The translations under genes and the position numbers were made by a program. This document shows, piece after piece, positions 38,530-47,563 of a stretch of 64,000 bases of DNA. Positions within the stretch are counted from its first letter, which is position 1; each line of letters opens with the position of its first letter. The stretch comes from an uncultured Ignavibacteria bacterium (lineage in GTDB: Bacteria; Zixibacteria; MSB-5A5; WJJR01). The stretch is from positions 148,867 through 212,866 of the forward strand of contig CAYTTY010000001.1 of assembly GCA_964440935.1 (NCBI GenBank). The letters run 5' to 3'. The notes below the pieces were generated by a model that was given only the letters and a program-made list of their open reading frames with translations, ran no database searches and was not told the origin of the DNA.

Positions 38530-40710
38530 CTATAACCGCCGTCGCCGTGACTTGCGATCTTTCCCATGAATCGGACACTCGGTCTCGGCGTCTTCTTTAC
38601 GCAGAACAACTTCTTCGTGAGTGCCGGGACAATCCTCAGTGGCTTTGAAGAAACTCTCGTCGCACGCAGTGTAGGTGAACACACTTGGTGGCTGTACGAA
38701 GTCAATCGGCGGAAGTGAATCACAGGCGACTTTCATGTACTCCGTCCAGATCGGCAATGCCGTTGCCGCGCCGGTGCCGGTGTGGTACCCCCCGATTGGT
38801 GTCTTCATATCATAACCAACCCACACGACGGTCGTAATCTGCGGCGTGAAACCGGCATACCAGTTGTCCATGTACTCGTTGGATGTTCCGGTTTTGCCCG
38901 CTGCCGGACGCGTAAAGCCGCGACGTCGCGCGCCCGCACCGGTACCGTTGCCACGCATCACTGATTCGAGCACATGCAGCACGACATACGAGTTCTGAGC
39001 CGACAATACTTCTTCGCGCACCGGTGTGGTATTGTCTTCAATCACTCCACCGAAGCGGTCAGTGATCTTCTTGATCAATGTTGGCTGTGTGCGAATGCCG
39101 CCATTGGGGAAGACCGAGTACGCGCCGGCCAGATCGATGGGAATGACTTCGGAACTGCCAATCGCCAATGACGGTACCGGAGTGAGGGGGGTGGTGATGC
39201 CCATCCGCTTCGCGTAGAAGGCCACTTGGCGCGGATCGAGGTTCAGCAACAGCTTGATTGACACAAGGTTACGCGACTCCTGGAAGCCCTGCCGGATACT
39301 GATCGGCCCCTTGAATTTCTGGTCGAAGTTGTTCGGGCTCCACTCGCCGAAACCCGGAATGTTCAGAACAATCGGGGAATCATAAATCGTATCGCGCGGC
39401 AGGAAGCCCTCTTCAACGGCTGTGGTCAATATGAACGGTTTAAACGCGGATCCGGGTTGACGCAACGCCCGAGTCGCGCGGTTGAATTCACTCTCGCTGA
39501 AATCATACCCGCCGACCATGGCCAGCACACCGCCGGTCGCGTTGTCAATCGATACCAATGCTGCCTGCAGCTTTTTGTGCACACGAACTGTTTCGCCGAG
39601 CGTAGTATCGAACACCGGGATCGTGTATTTGGGATCGTCCGGAGCGTGACGCTTCTGAGCCGCCGCACGCAGCGAATCGAGATGGTCGCGGATAATCTCT
39701 TCGGCTTGACGTTGCAGCGACGTGTCAATCGTGGTGTAGATGCGCAATCCTTCGCTGTAGAGAGTGTCCTCGCCGTACTTCTTGCCGATGTATTGGCGAA
39801 CTTCCTCGGCGAAATAGTCACCGACTTTGCGCTCGCTCTGACCGGCATTCAATTGAATCGGCTGCGCAGCGAGCGAATCGTACGTGGCTTTGTCCAGGTC
39901 ACCGACAGCGACCATGCCACGCAAGACAACATTTCGACGCTGCCGCGATAATTCCTCATTGTTGCGCGGTGAGTACCGTGACGGAGCCGGCAGAAGTCCA
40001 ATCAAAACGGCCGACTCTTCGACTTTCAGATCGTCGACATTCTTTCCGAAATACCCCTGCGCGGCAGCCTGAACACCATAGGCGCCGGCCCCATAGTAGT
40101 TCTGGTTGAGATACATCTCGATGATTTCATCTTTTGCATACTGCCGCTCGAGACGTACCGCCGTCATCCATTCTTTGACCTTGCGCGAGATGGTCCGCTC
40201 CCGCGTGAGGAACAACTGGCGCGCCAACTGCTGGGTGATGGTCGATCCGCCCTGGGGACGTTGCCCGCGCAACGGCTGGATGATGACACCGCGCACAATT
40301 GCTGTCCATTCGACGCCCCAGTGATCGTTAAACCCACGATCTTCGGAGGCTAACAGGGCTTGGATCATGTTCTCCGGAATCTTCTCAAACGGCGTCCAGA
40401 CACGTCTCTCAGTGAAGTACTCATAGAACTGTTCACCGTTGCGGTCATACAGCCGCGTCAACAGCCGCGGCTTGATGTTGTACACGCGTTCAATCGAGGG
40501 CAGGTCCTTGCTGTAGACAATCAGTGTGGTGACGATCCACGCCATCACCATCGCGGCGAGCACAGTACCACCGACCAGGAGAATAGAGCGGCGCGATTGC
40601 GGCAGCTTTATGCGGAACCGTGGCCGTTTCTTATAGCTCCAGGACTTCTTCGGAGAAACGGTTTCGGTGACGCCGGTGAGATCGATGTCGTTCTTATGCT
40701 GTGTCATCAC
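38530..40710 (-). CDS. class A penicillin-binding protein 1A family
   Basis: TM anchor, GT51 motifs (SEDRGF, GGSTITQQL, RKVKE), transpeptidase SAFK, SRN, KTG. Confidence 0.95.
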   Translation of the reverse strand: MMTQHKNDIDLTGVTETVSPKKSWSYKKRPRFRIKLPQSRRSILLVGGTVLAAMVMAWIVTTLIVYSKDLPSIERVYNIKPRLLTRLYDRNGEQFYEYFTERRVWTPFEKIPENMIQALLASEDRGFNDHWGVEWTAIVRGVIIQPLRGQRPQGGSTITQQLARQLFLTRERTISRKVKEWMTAVRLERQYAKDEIIEMYLNQNYYGAGAYGVQAAAQGYFGKNVDDLKVEESAVLIGLLPAPSRYSPRNNEELSRQRRNVVLRGMVAVGDLDKATYDSLAAQPIQLNAGQSERKVGDYFAEEVRQYIGKKYGEDTLYSEGLRIYTTIDTSLQRQAEEIIRDHLDSLRAAAQKRHAPDDPKYTIPVFDTTLGETVRVHKKLQAALVSIDNATGGVLAMVGGYDFSESEFNRATRALRQPGSAFKPFILTTAVEEGFLPRDTIYDSPIVLNIPGFGEWSPNNFDQKFKGPISIRQGFQESRNLVSIKLLLNLDPRQVAFYAKRMGITTPLTPVPSLAIGSSEVIPIDLAGAYSVFPNGGIRTQPTLIKKITDRFGGVIEDNTTPVREEVLSAQNSYVVLHVLESVMRGNGTGAGARRRGFTRPAAGKTGTSNEYMDNWYAGFTPQITTVVWVGYDMKTPIGGYHTGTGAATALPIWTEYMKVACDSLPPIDFVQPPSVFTYTACDESFFKATEDCPGTHEEVVLRKEDAETECPIHGKDRKSRRRRL

Positions 40711-40863
40711 TTACTTGTACACTCTGTGGGTCCAAGGTTCACAATCGTCCATGGAACGTTCATCCGAGCCCCGGAATCGTCAAGCAAAAAGCCCTTGCCC
40801 CCATGGGGTTAACCCGTCTATCATGCGCGAACCCTTTCGCGCCGTGAGGGTTGGAGATTACGC

Positions 40864-42084
40864 ATGAAGCCGCTCGACGAACAGCTTAGAATTATCCGTT
40901 CCGGCACAGTCGAGATTCTTCCCGAGGGAGACCTCGAGAAGAAGTTGGAACAGTGCCTCAAGGAAGATCGCCCCCTCCGCGTGAAACAGGGTTTCGATCC
41001 GACCGCCCCCGACATCCATCTCGGGCATACGGTCGGGCTTCGTAAGCTAAAGCAATTTCAAGACTTAGGCCACCAGATTGTGTTGATTGTCGGCGATTAT
41101 ACCGGCATGGTTGGCGATCCGTCGGGACGCTCAGCCACCCGGCCACAGCTTACCAACGATGAGGTCATGCGCAACGCCGAGACCTATCAGATGCAGTTCT
41201 TCAAAGTGCTCGATCGATCCAAAACCGAAGTCCGCTACAACGGCGAATGGTTTGCCAAGATGAGTTTCGCCGAATTAATCGCTCTCGCCTCGAAAGTGAC
41301 CGTGGCGCGGATTCTGGAACGCGATGATTTCGAAAAGCGCTATCGGGCCAACGAACCGATTTCGGTGCACGAGATGTTCTATCCGTTGATGCAGGCGTAC
41401 GATTCGGTGGCCATCGAGGCCGATTTGGAAATTGGCGGCACCGACCAGAAATTCAATCTGTTGACCGGACGGCAAATTCAAGAGTGCTACGGTGTCAAGC
41501 CGCAGTCGATTCTCACGCTGCCGATCTTACCGGGTACCGACGGTGTCATGCGCATGAGTAAGTCGACCGGGAACTACATCGGTATCGATGAACCGCCCGA
41601 CCAAATGTTCGGCAAGACGATGTCGATTCCTGACGATTTGATCCTGCCGTACTTCGAACTGGTGGCCGATGTTACGGTCGAACGATTGGACCAAATCCGA
41701 GCGGCATTAACAGATCCCAAGACCAACCCCCGCGACCTCAAACTCGAGTTGGGGGAGACCCTCGTGGGCATGTATCACGGGGCCGATGCGGGGAAAGCGG
41801 CGCGTGAGGGATTCATCCGTCAGTTCTCAAAGAAGCAGACTCCGGATGAGATGGAAACGACAGTGATCAAGACGTCGGACGATGAAATTCGGTTGGTTGA
41901 GATTGTCGTCGAGGCGTCGTGTGCCGGGAGCCTTAGCGAAGCCAAACGGAAAATCCAGCAAGGCGGTGTGCGCATTGATGATATCAAGCAGGATGACCCA
42001 CAAGCGCTCATCACAACCGACAAGCCGTTCGTATTGAAAGTCGGCAAGCGCCACTACCGGCGCATTGAATTTGAGAAGTCTTAG
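40864..42084 (+). CDS. tyrS: tyrosine--tRNA ligase
   Basis: [32 protein letters not shown]-terminal S4-like domain. Confidence 0.98.
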   Translation: MKPLDEQLRIIRSGTVEILPEGDLEKKLEQCLKEDRPLRVKQGFDPTAPDIHLGHTVGLRKLKQFQDLGHQIVLIVGDYTGMVGDPSGRSATRPQLTNDEVMRNAETYQMQFFKVLDRSKTEVRYNGEWFAKMSFAELIALASKVTVARILERDDFEKRYRANEPISVHEMFYPLMQAYDSVAIEADLEIGGTDQKFNLLTGRQIQECYGVKPQSILTLPILPGTDGVMRMSKSTGNYIGIDEPPDQMFGKTMSIPDDLILPYFELVADVTVERLDQIRAALTDPKTNPRDLKLELGETLVGMYHGADAGKAAREGFIRQFSKKQTPDEMETTVIKTSDDEIRLVEIVVEASCAGSLSEAKRKIQQGGVRIDDIKQDDPQALITTDKPFVLKVGKRHYRRIEFEKS

Positions 42085-42097
42085 CGAAGGGATCGAT

Positions 42098-43217
42098 ATG
42101 GAATCGCTGGAAACCATCGAGAGGAAACTGGAGCGGTTACGGAGGTATCTTTGACATCGACGGCTTGGCAGGGAAAGTGGCCGAGCTGGAGAAGCAGACG
42201 ACCGCCGATGATTTCTGGAACGATCCCGACACCGCCCGCAAGACCTTAAAAGACATCGCCTCCGCCAAGAGTTGGGTGGATGGTGTTACCGCACTCGAAG
42301 CACGCCTCAGCGATACCAAGACACTGTGGCAATTGGCCGATGAAGAATCCGACGATGCCGCCATGAAGGAAGCGACGGCGGAAGCGGACAAACTGGCCCA
42401 TGATGTCGATTCCTTCGAGTTCCGCTCACTGCTGTCCGGCGAAGACGATCCCAACAACGCAATTCTGACGATCCACGCCGGCGCCGGCGGTACGGAATCA
42501 TGCGACTGGGCCGAAATGCTCTTGCGCATGTACACGCGCTGGATCGAACGCCACGGGTGGGCGTCGGACACGCTCGACTACGCCACCGGCGATGCGGCGG
42601 GAATCAAATCGGCGACACTCGAAGTGAAGGGTGAATACGTATATGGCTATCTGAAAGCGGAACAGGGGGTACATCGTCTGGTGCGCATTTCGCCGTTTGA
42701 CGCCAACAAGCGGCGGCATACGTCGTTCGCATCGGTCTCGGTACTGCCGGAAGTCGAGTCAGACGTTGACATCGAGATCCGCGACGAGGACATCCGTGTC
42801 GACACCTACCGCGCGTCCGGAGCCGGCGGACAGCATGTCAACAAGACCTCCTCCGCGGTGCGCCTCACGCATGAGCCGTCCGGCATTGTCGTGCAATGCC
42901 AGACCGAACGCTCACAGCACAAGAATCGTGAGTCCGCCATAAAGGTGTTGCGTGCCCGTCTCTATCAACTCAAGCGAGAAGAGGAACAGGCCAAGATGGC
43001 GGAATATTCCAAAGACAAGAAGAAGATCGAGTGGGGATCACAGATCCGTTCGTACGTGTTCCAACCGTATCAAATGGTTAAAGATCACCGGACCAGTGTG
43101 GAAACGTCGAATGTGCAGGCGGTCATGGACGGTGACATCGACCAGTTTATTGAAGGTTACTTGAGTCACGGAACCGCCGACCACGTTGTGACAACCAAGG
43201 CGAATGGATCGGATTAG
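42098..43217 (+). CDS. prfB: peptide chain release factor 2, via +1 programmed frameshift
   Basis: ORF0 MESLETIERKLERLRRYL ends at CTT-TGA-C; the +1 frame has SPF and GGQ motifs. Confidence 0.97.
42141..42155 (+). promoter_or_regulatory. prfB +1 frameshift signal
   Basis: Internal SD GGAGG, TAT, then CTTTGAC. Confidence 0.95.
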
Positions 43218-43257
43218 ATTAGGGCAGGTAGTGTTCACAATGGGGGACCCAGAAACC

Positions 43258-44262
43258 ATGAATCCATTGATGCGAATCCGGGAACGGGCGCGCCGCGCGC
43301 GAGCACACATCGTGTTGGCCGAAGGCACCGAGCCGCGTGTGCTGCAAGCGGCACGCAGTATTCTCTCTGAGGAAATGGCGCAACTGACACTGCTCGGCGA
43401 TCAGAAGCAGGTCGAGACGGCCGCCAAAGAGGTCAACCTCCCGCTGAATCGGGTGTCGATCATTGATCCTCTGGCATCCTCCGATTTCGCATTGTTCGTG
43501 GATGCGTTGCGTAATCACGATTCCCAACGCTTCCCTGATGATGAGACCGCCCGCAGGCAGATGTCACAGGTGCTCTGGTTTGGTGCGATGATGGTGCGCC
43601 AGGGCAAAGCCGACGGGATGGTGGCCGGGTCGGTGCATACGACCGCCGACGTTTTGCGTAGTGCCATTCGAGTGGTGGGACTGGCACCGGGTATGAAATC
43701 GGTGTCGAGTTATTTCTTCATGGTCGTTCCAAAGTATCGGGATACATTGGACAAGGTGTTCATCTACACCGACGCCGGTGTGATTCCCCATCCGAATGCC
43801 GAGCAGTTGGCCGATATTGCTATTGCATCGGCGGGGGCGTACGAAATGCTCACCGGCGAGACACCCAAAGTGGCATTGCTTTCGTTTTCCACCAAAGGCT
43901 CAGCCAAGCATGAAATGCTGGACAAGATACCGGAGGCCCTCGCCTTGATTCGACGGCGGGAGCCGAACCTGATCTGTGATGGTGAACTGCAGGCCGATGC
44001 CGCGATCGTGCCCGAGGTGGCCGCATCGAAAGATCCCGGTGGCGTCATTGCGGGTGACGCCAATGTGCTTGTGTTCCCCGATCTCAATTCCGGCAACATC
44101 GCCTACAAATTGACCGAACGTCTCGCCAACGCCAAGGCCATTGGTCCGCTCCTGTCGGGCCTTGACAAGCCGGTCAACGATCTCTCCCGAGGCTGCCGCC
44201 CCGATGATATCGTCAATGCGGTTGCCGTGGCGGCCGTTACGTCACGCCCCAGTCGCACTTAG
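43258..44262 (+). CDS. pta: phosphate acetyltransferase (short PTA_PTB/EutD-like form)
   Basis: ALLSFSTKGS, DGELQADAA, FPDLNSGNIAYK, NDLSRGC. Confidence 0.94.
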   Translation: MNPLMRIRERARRARAHIVLAEGTEPRVLQAARSILSEEMAQLTLLGDQKQVETAAKEVNLPLNRVSIIDPLASSDFALFVDALRNHDSQRFPDDETARRQMSQVLWFGAMMVRQGKADGMVAGSVHTTADVLRSAIRVVGLAPGMKSVSSYFFMVVPKYRDTLDKVFIYTDAGVIPHPNAEQLADIAIASAGAYEMLTGETPKVALLSFSTKGSAKHEMLDKIPEALALIRRREPNLICDGELQADAAIVPEVAASKDPGGVIAGDANVLVFPDLNSGNIAYKLTERLANAKAIGPLLSGLDKPVNDLSRGCRPDDIVNAVAVAAVTSRPSRT

Positions 44263-44349
44263 AGTTCGATAAGTTGTTTTCCTGCAACAGATAACACGCC
44301 TCAGGTGTCGGCGTTGAGGCTCTGAGAGTCTCATCGTACAGCTCGTCGA

Positions 44350-44400
44350 TTAACATATAATTGACGTCCAGTTAATTAATAGTTAACATACTTTTACAAT
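44350..44400 (+). promoter_or_regulatory. Pho-box-like tandem repeats plus -10 element
   Basis: TTAACAT/TTGACGT/TTAATTA/TTAACAT at exact 11-bp period (44350, 44361, 44372, 44383), then TACAAT at 44395. Confidence 0.7.
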
Positions 44401-44533
44401 GGCCGCCGTCGTCTCGGCGGCTTTTGAGCTTAGGATGGGGCTGCCGGCAGCATGACCATGAGCGTGTGATCTCGCTGCCTGGGCGTCGTCGTGTACGTGC
44501 ACACTCGAACTTATGTTTTGGAGGACAACGCAC

Positions 44534-45610
44534 ATGATGTTCATCACCCGCAGTGTGATGATCACAACTCTGCTTCTCGCGACTTACTCAATTGTATGGG
44601 CCGACGACAGTGTGGACTTGGAAAAGGGCGAATTCAATATCGGCGGCTATCTGCAGGTGAAGTATGAAGACCACGAGGACTCACGTAATCCGATCCTCAA
44701 CGAGGATCGGACTCTGATCAAGCGGAACATGAACCACATCTACATCCGACGTGGTCGACTCAAGGTGGAATACCAGGTCACGGAGGCCAGCAAGTTCCGG
44801 ATCTACTTCGATGGTGCCAAGGACAAACTAAATCTCCTGGAAGCATGGATAGAGTTGAAGCACGCGTTTGGCCCGGTCGAAACGAAACTGCGTGTCGGCC
44901 AGCAAAACATTCCATTTGGCTTCGAAAACTGGTACTCGTCTGCCAGACGCGACCTTCCTGAGCGATCCTTGGCGCAGAATTCCTTTTTCGCGGGTGAACG
45001 AGAACGGCTTGTCAACCTGACAGTGACGCCCATCCACCAGCTTGCTGTCAATGTGGCTGTGCTGAATGGTCCCGGTTTGAAGGATGATGATTTCCCTTAC
45101 GAGTCCCCATTTGAGGATACCAAAGACATTCTGGCGCGAATTCGCACTGAGAATGAACTCGACGATCTCACCATCTCCGGTGGTGTGTCGGGATATTTGG
45201 GCAAGCAATTCGATGAATCCGATTCGGTCGATTTCAGGACTGATAAGAATCGGTACGGCGCTGATGCGCAGGTCGAATTCAATGTTGTCCCCGAATTGGG
45301 CGAATCGGCTGTCCGTGGCGAGGTGATGATCGGCGAGGAGTTCGGCCTGCGAAAGATCGGCTACTATGTGTGGCTCTCCCAGCGGCTGGGCCAACATTTC
45401 GGAGCCGCCGCGCGGTACGACGTCTTTGATCGGAATGCCCGCGCCGAAGATGGAACCCGGACGGATCGGGTGTCGCTGGCGGGCAACTACTACTACGATG
45501 CCCATGTTCGTTTCACGCTGTCCTACGACATGGTCAAGACGGAGGAAGTCGGCGAGAGGACCGATGTCGCCGATAATGTGCTGACATTGATGCTGCAATA
45601 CGCGATTTAG
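44534..45610 (+). CDS. outer-membrane porin, phosphate-selective OprO/OprP-like
   Basis: Signal peptide, GGYLQ, RRGRLKV, GQ..IPFG.E...S...ERS pattern, amphipathic beta strands; linked to Pho box and phoU. Confidence 0.75.
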   Translation: MMFITRSVMITTLLLATYSIVWADDSVDLEKGEFNIGGYLQVKYEDHEDSRNPILNEDRTLIKRNMNHIYIRRGRLKVEYQVTEASKFRIYFDGAKDKLNLLEAWIELKHAFGPVETKLRVGQQNIPFGFENWYSSARRDLPERSLAQNSFFAGERERLVNLTVTPIHQLAVNVAVLNGPGLKDDDFPYESPFEDTKDILARIRTENELDDLTISGGVSGYLGKQFDESDSVDFRTDKNRYGADAQVEFNVVPELGESAVRGEVMIGEEFGLRKIGYYVWLSQRLGQHFGAAARYDVFDRNARAEDGTRTDRVSLAGNYYYDAHVRFTLSYDMVKTEEVGERTDVADNVLTLMLQYAI

Positions 45611-45740
45611 AGCGGTTGTCAGAATTCCGTTCCGATTGAGAAGAGGCGAGACCCCGCTTCATTGACACTCACTTTCGGGTGCCACGGGCCTTTAGCCCCG
45701 TGAACTGGGATCGTCCGAATGTGGAACCACGGGCCTGAAG

Positions 45741-45890
45741 GCCCGTGTTGAAAAACCCCCGAGAATCAGAGCCTTCGGGAGGGCGAGCCTCCCGGCGAGC
45801 CGCAACGGCATGTTCCACGCGGCGGCTCGGCGGGAGCCTCGCCCTCCCCAGTCTGAGGTGATGATAGTCAGCAGGTTTTTCAACACACCC
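45741..45890. mobile_element. MITE family A (150 bp) with target duplication
   Basis: Perfect 13-bp IR GTGTTGAAAAACC/GGTTTTTCAACAC; flanking direct repeat CTGAAG at 45735-45740 and 45891-45896. Confidence 0.85.
45777..45848. repeat. GGAG-class REP doublet inside MITE A
   Basis: GGGAGGGCGAGCCTCCCGGCGAGCCGC and inverted copy at 45822-45848 (25/27). Confidence 0.85.
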
Positions 45891-46092
45891 CTGAAGGACC
45901 GTGGCACCCCAATGGAAACGGAAAATACTTCTGACAATTGCTCTAAACGTGCTGATTGGGGACATTCGACCGGACCCCGCCGCGGATTTTTGTTTGGCCT
46001 TCGTGCTGACCGCCGTACACTGTTTCCGAGACAGAGGCTGTGTTGGCGATTGGGTCAGGGAGTCGTCACTCGATACCGACAAGGATAGCGTA

Positions 46093-46752
46093 ATGGTGCA
46101 ACGACACTTCGATGAGGAATTGGCGGAACTGCGTAGGCAGTTGGCGGTGATGGGCTCGTTGGCCGAGTCGATGATCCGGCAGGGCGCGTTGATGCTGATG
46201 TCGCCCAATGACGAAACCGCCGAGCAGCTTCTTAAAGACGAAGACGAGGTCAACCGGCTGCACATGGCGATCGATGAGTCCTGCATGCGTCTTCTGGTCT
46301 TGCGGCAGCCGGTCGCCGTCGACATGCGCTTCCTGGCGTCCACCTTGCGCATGAGCGGCGAATTGGAACGCATCGGCGATCAGTCCATCAACCTGATGCG
46401 ACGCGCCCGCAAGCTCGAACGCGGCGCCCCGCTACCCCTGCCCATCGACCTGCAGCCGATGATCGACATCGTCGTCCGCATGGTCAACGACAGCCTTGAT
46501 GCCTTCACGCGCAAAGACGTCAAGCTCGCCAAGCGCGTGCTGGAACTCGAACAGAACGCCGACGATCTGCGTCATCTTTACGAAGACGAACTCGCGACAG
46601 CGGGCGAGAAGCGCGGACGCGATATCATCTTCTACATCCAGCTTACGATGATTGTCTACCACCTCGAACGCATCGCCGACCACGCCACCAACATCGCCGA
46701 AGACGTGATCTTCCTTGTCGAAGGCGAGGATATTCGGCATCAGCATTTATAG
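46093..46752 (+). CDS. phoU: phosphate signalling protein PhoU
   Basis: QPVAVDMR, ELERIGD, LERIADHATNIAEDVIFLVEG; ATG after AAGGA. Confidence 0.96.
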   Translation: MVQRHFDEELAELRRQLAVMGSLAESMIRQGALMLMSPNDETAEQLLKDEDEVNRLHMAIDESCMRLLVLRQPVAVDMRFLASTLRMSGELERIGDQSINLMRRARKLERGAPLPLPIDLQPMIDIVVRMVNDSLDAFTRKDVKLAKRVLELEQNADDLRHLYEDELATAGEKRGRDIIFYIQLTMIVYHLERIADHATNIAEDVIFLVEGEDIRHQHL

Positions 46753-46867
46753 TGTCGTTCCTCAGTCGTCACGCGATTGTCGAGATAAGTAGTTGATTAC
46801 CGGTTGTCCCTGACGGCGAAGACCAGATCCGACCGATTCACCGATGCCAGCCGATCACGAGCCCATA

Positions 46868-47041
46868 GGGAGTGTTGAAATAGTCCAAGAACTGATCGAT
46901 CATGTCACGCACCGAGAAAATGTTCATCCGTAGGGGCGTACTGAGTACGCCCGGCCTCGTAGCGGTTACGCGCGGAGGGCGTATTCAATACGCCCCTACA
47001 AAAGCACGTCTTCTGCAAGGCACGCGTTTTTCAACACGCCC
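46868..47041. mobile_element. MITE family A (174 bp)
   Basis: ATAGGGAGTGTTGAAA vs reverse complement of TTTCAACACGCCCTAT, 15/16; imperfect flanking repeat CCATAG/CTATAG. Confidence 0.75.
46930..46999. repeat. GTAG-class REP doublet (same family as 38330)
   Basis: GTAGGGGCGTACTGAGTACGCCC ... GGGCGTATTCAATACGCCCCTAC; shares flanks TCATCC and TTTTTCAACACGC with the 38.3-kb copy. Confidence 0.88.
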
Positions 47042-47112
47042 TATAGCCACGGGGCACGCAGACCCAAACGAAATGTGACTATGACAATCAGTTTCATCGC
47101 TTGGGTTCAGCC

Positions 47113-47478
47113 TCACGCCCGTCTGCGTGATCGACTGCGCGCCGGCCGACGCGACTTGCTGGACGTCCGGTTCGTTTGCACCAGTCGAAGGAAGCGGGCG
47201 ACCTCTTGTTTGCCGTAGATCGGCTGCCCGTACTGGAGTTCTTTCTTGAACGGGCGGCCCGGACGGAATCCCGCCTGCTCCAGCAGTTTGCGAATGAGAT
47301 GAAGTTCCTCATCGGACTTCGCGATCAACCGCACCTCGTCACCCTTCTTGTAGCGTCCCGGCTCTGTCGCCAATCGGCTCTTGTTTTGGGTTCGCACATA
47401 CCCGTTGCGGGTAAAAAAGCGCGCAAGCTGACGCGCGACAGCTTTAGTGACGTGAGTTTCGGGATGGCTGGTCTTCAT
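47113..47478 (-). CDS. small basic protein with a LAGLIDADG-like domain lacking catalytic acids
   Basis: LARFFTRNG...EVRLIAKSDEELHLIRKLLEQAGF...IYGKQEVARFLRLV follows the LAGLIDADG pattern; starts 13 nt after the attC-like site. Confidence 0.6.
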   Translation of the reverse strand: MKTSHPETHVTKAVARQLARFFTRNGYVRTQNKSRLATEPGRYKKGDEVRLIAKSDEELHLIRKLLEQAGFRPGRPFKKELQYGQPIYGKQEVARFLRLVQTNRTSSKSRRPARSRSRRRA

Positions 47479-47491
47479 GGCCTAATCGTCC

Positions 47492-47563
47492 GTATAACGC
47501 TCCGCATAACCGGCTGGCAATGGAGCGCACCGGAATAGCGGTCAGGTTTACAAGTTGTCAGGC
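47492..47563 (-). mobile_element. integron attC-like recombination site (partly degenerate)
   Basis: Minus strand GCCTGAC-AACTT-GTAAAC-[35 nt]-GTTATGC-GGAGC-GTTATAC; R'' box contains the helicase stop codon. Confidence 0.7.

Larger units (their letters stand above)
38238..38532. mobile_element. MITE family B (TA-bounded TIR) filling the whole deoC-PBP1A gap
   Basis: Left TAGAGCGATCGTCAGA vs reverse complement of right end TAGAGCGATTGTCAGA, 15/16; the same TIR bounds 45608-45945. Confidence 0.75.
45677..45909. repeat. REP-like doublet X, second arm interrupted by MITE A
   Basis: Arm 1 GGGTGCCACGGGCCTTTAGCCCCGTG; rejoined arm 2 reverse-complements to GGGTGCCACGGTCCTTCAGGCCCGTG (23/26). Confidence 0.8.
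45608..45945. mobile_element. MITE family B (outer shell of nested element)
   Basis: TTTAGAGCGGTTGTCAGAA (45606-45624) vs reverse complement of 45929-45947 TTTAGAGCAATTGTCAGAA, 17/19; subterminal TTCCGTT is also inverted. Confidence 0.75.

Noticed and set aside
42098-43217. prfB as a frameshifted pseudogene or sequencing error
   Set aside because: The site is the canonical programmed frameshift.
44402-44425. GCCGCCG/CGGCGGC-TTTT hairpin as an attenuator of the porin
   Set aside because: It overlaps the expected TSS of the Pho-box promoter, so it more likely terminates the upstream prfB-pta transcript.
45669-46373. ORFs crossing the nested repeat, including the 64-aa N-terminal extension of phoU
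   Set aside because: They read through palindromic repeats; PhoU similarity and the RBS point to ATG 46093.
38238-47111. Repeats as a CRISPR array
   Set aside because: They are inverted doublets at dispersed loci with no repeat-spacer periodicity and no cas genes.
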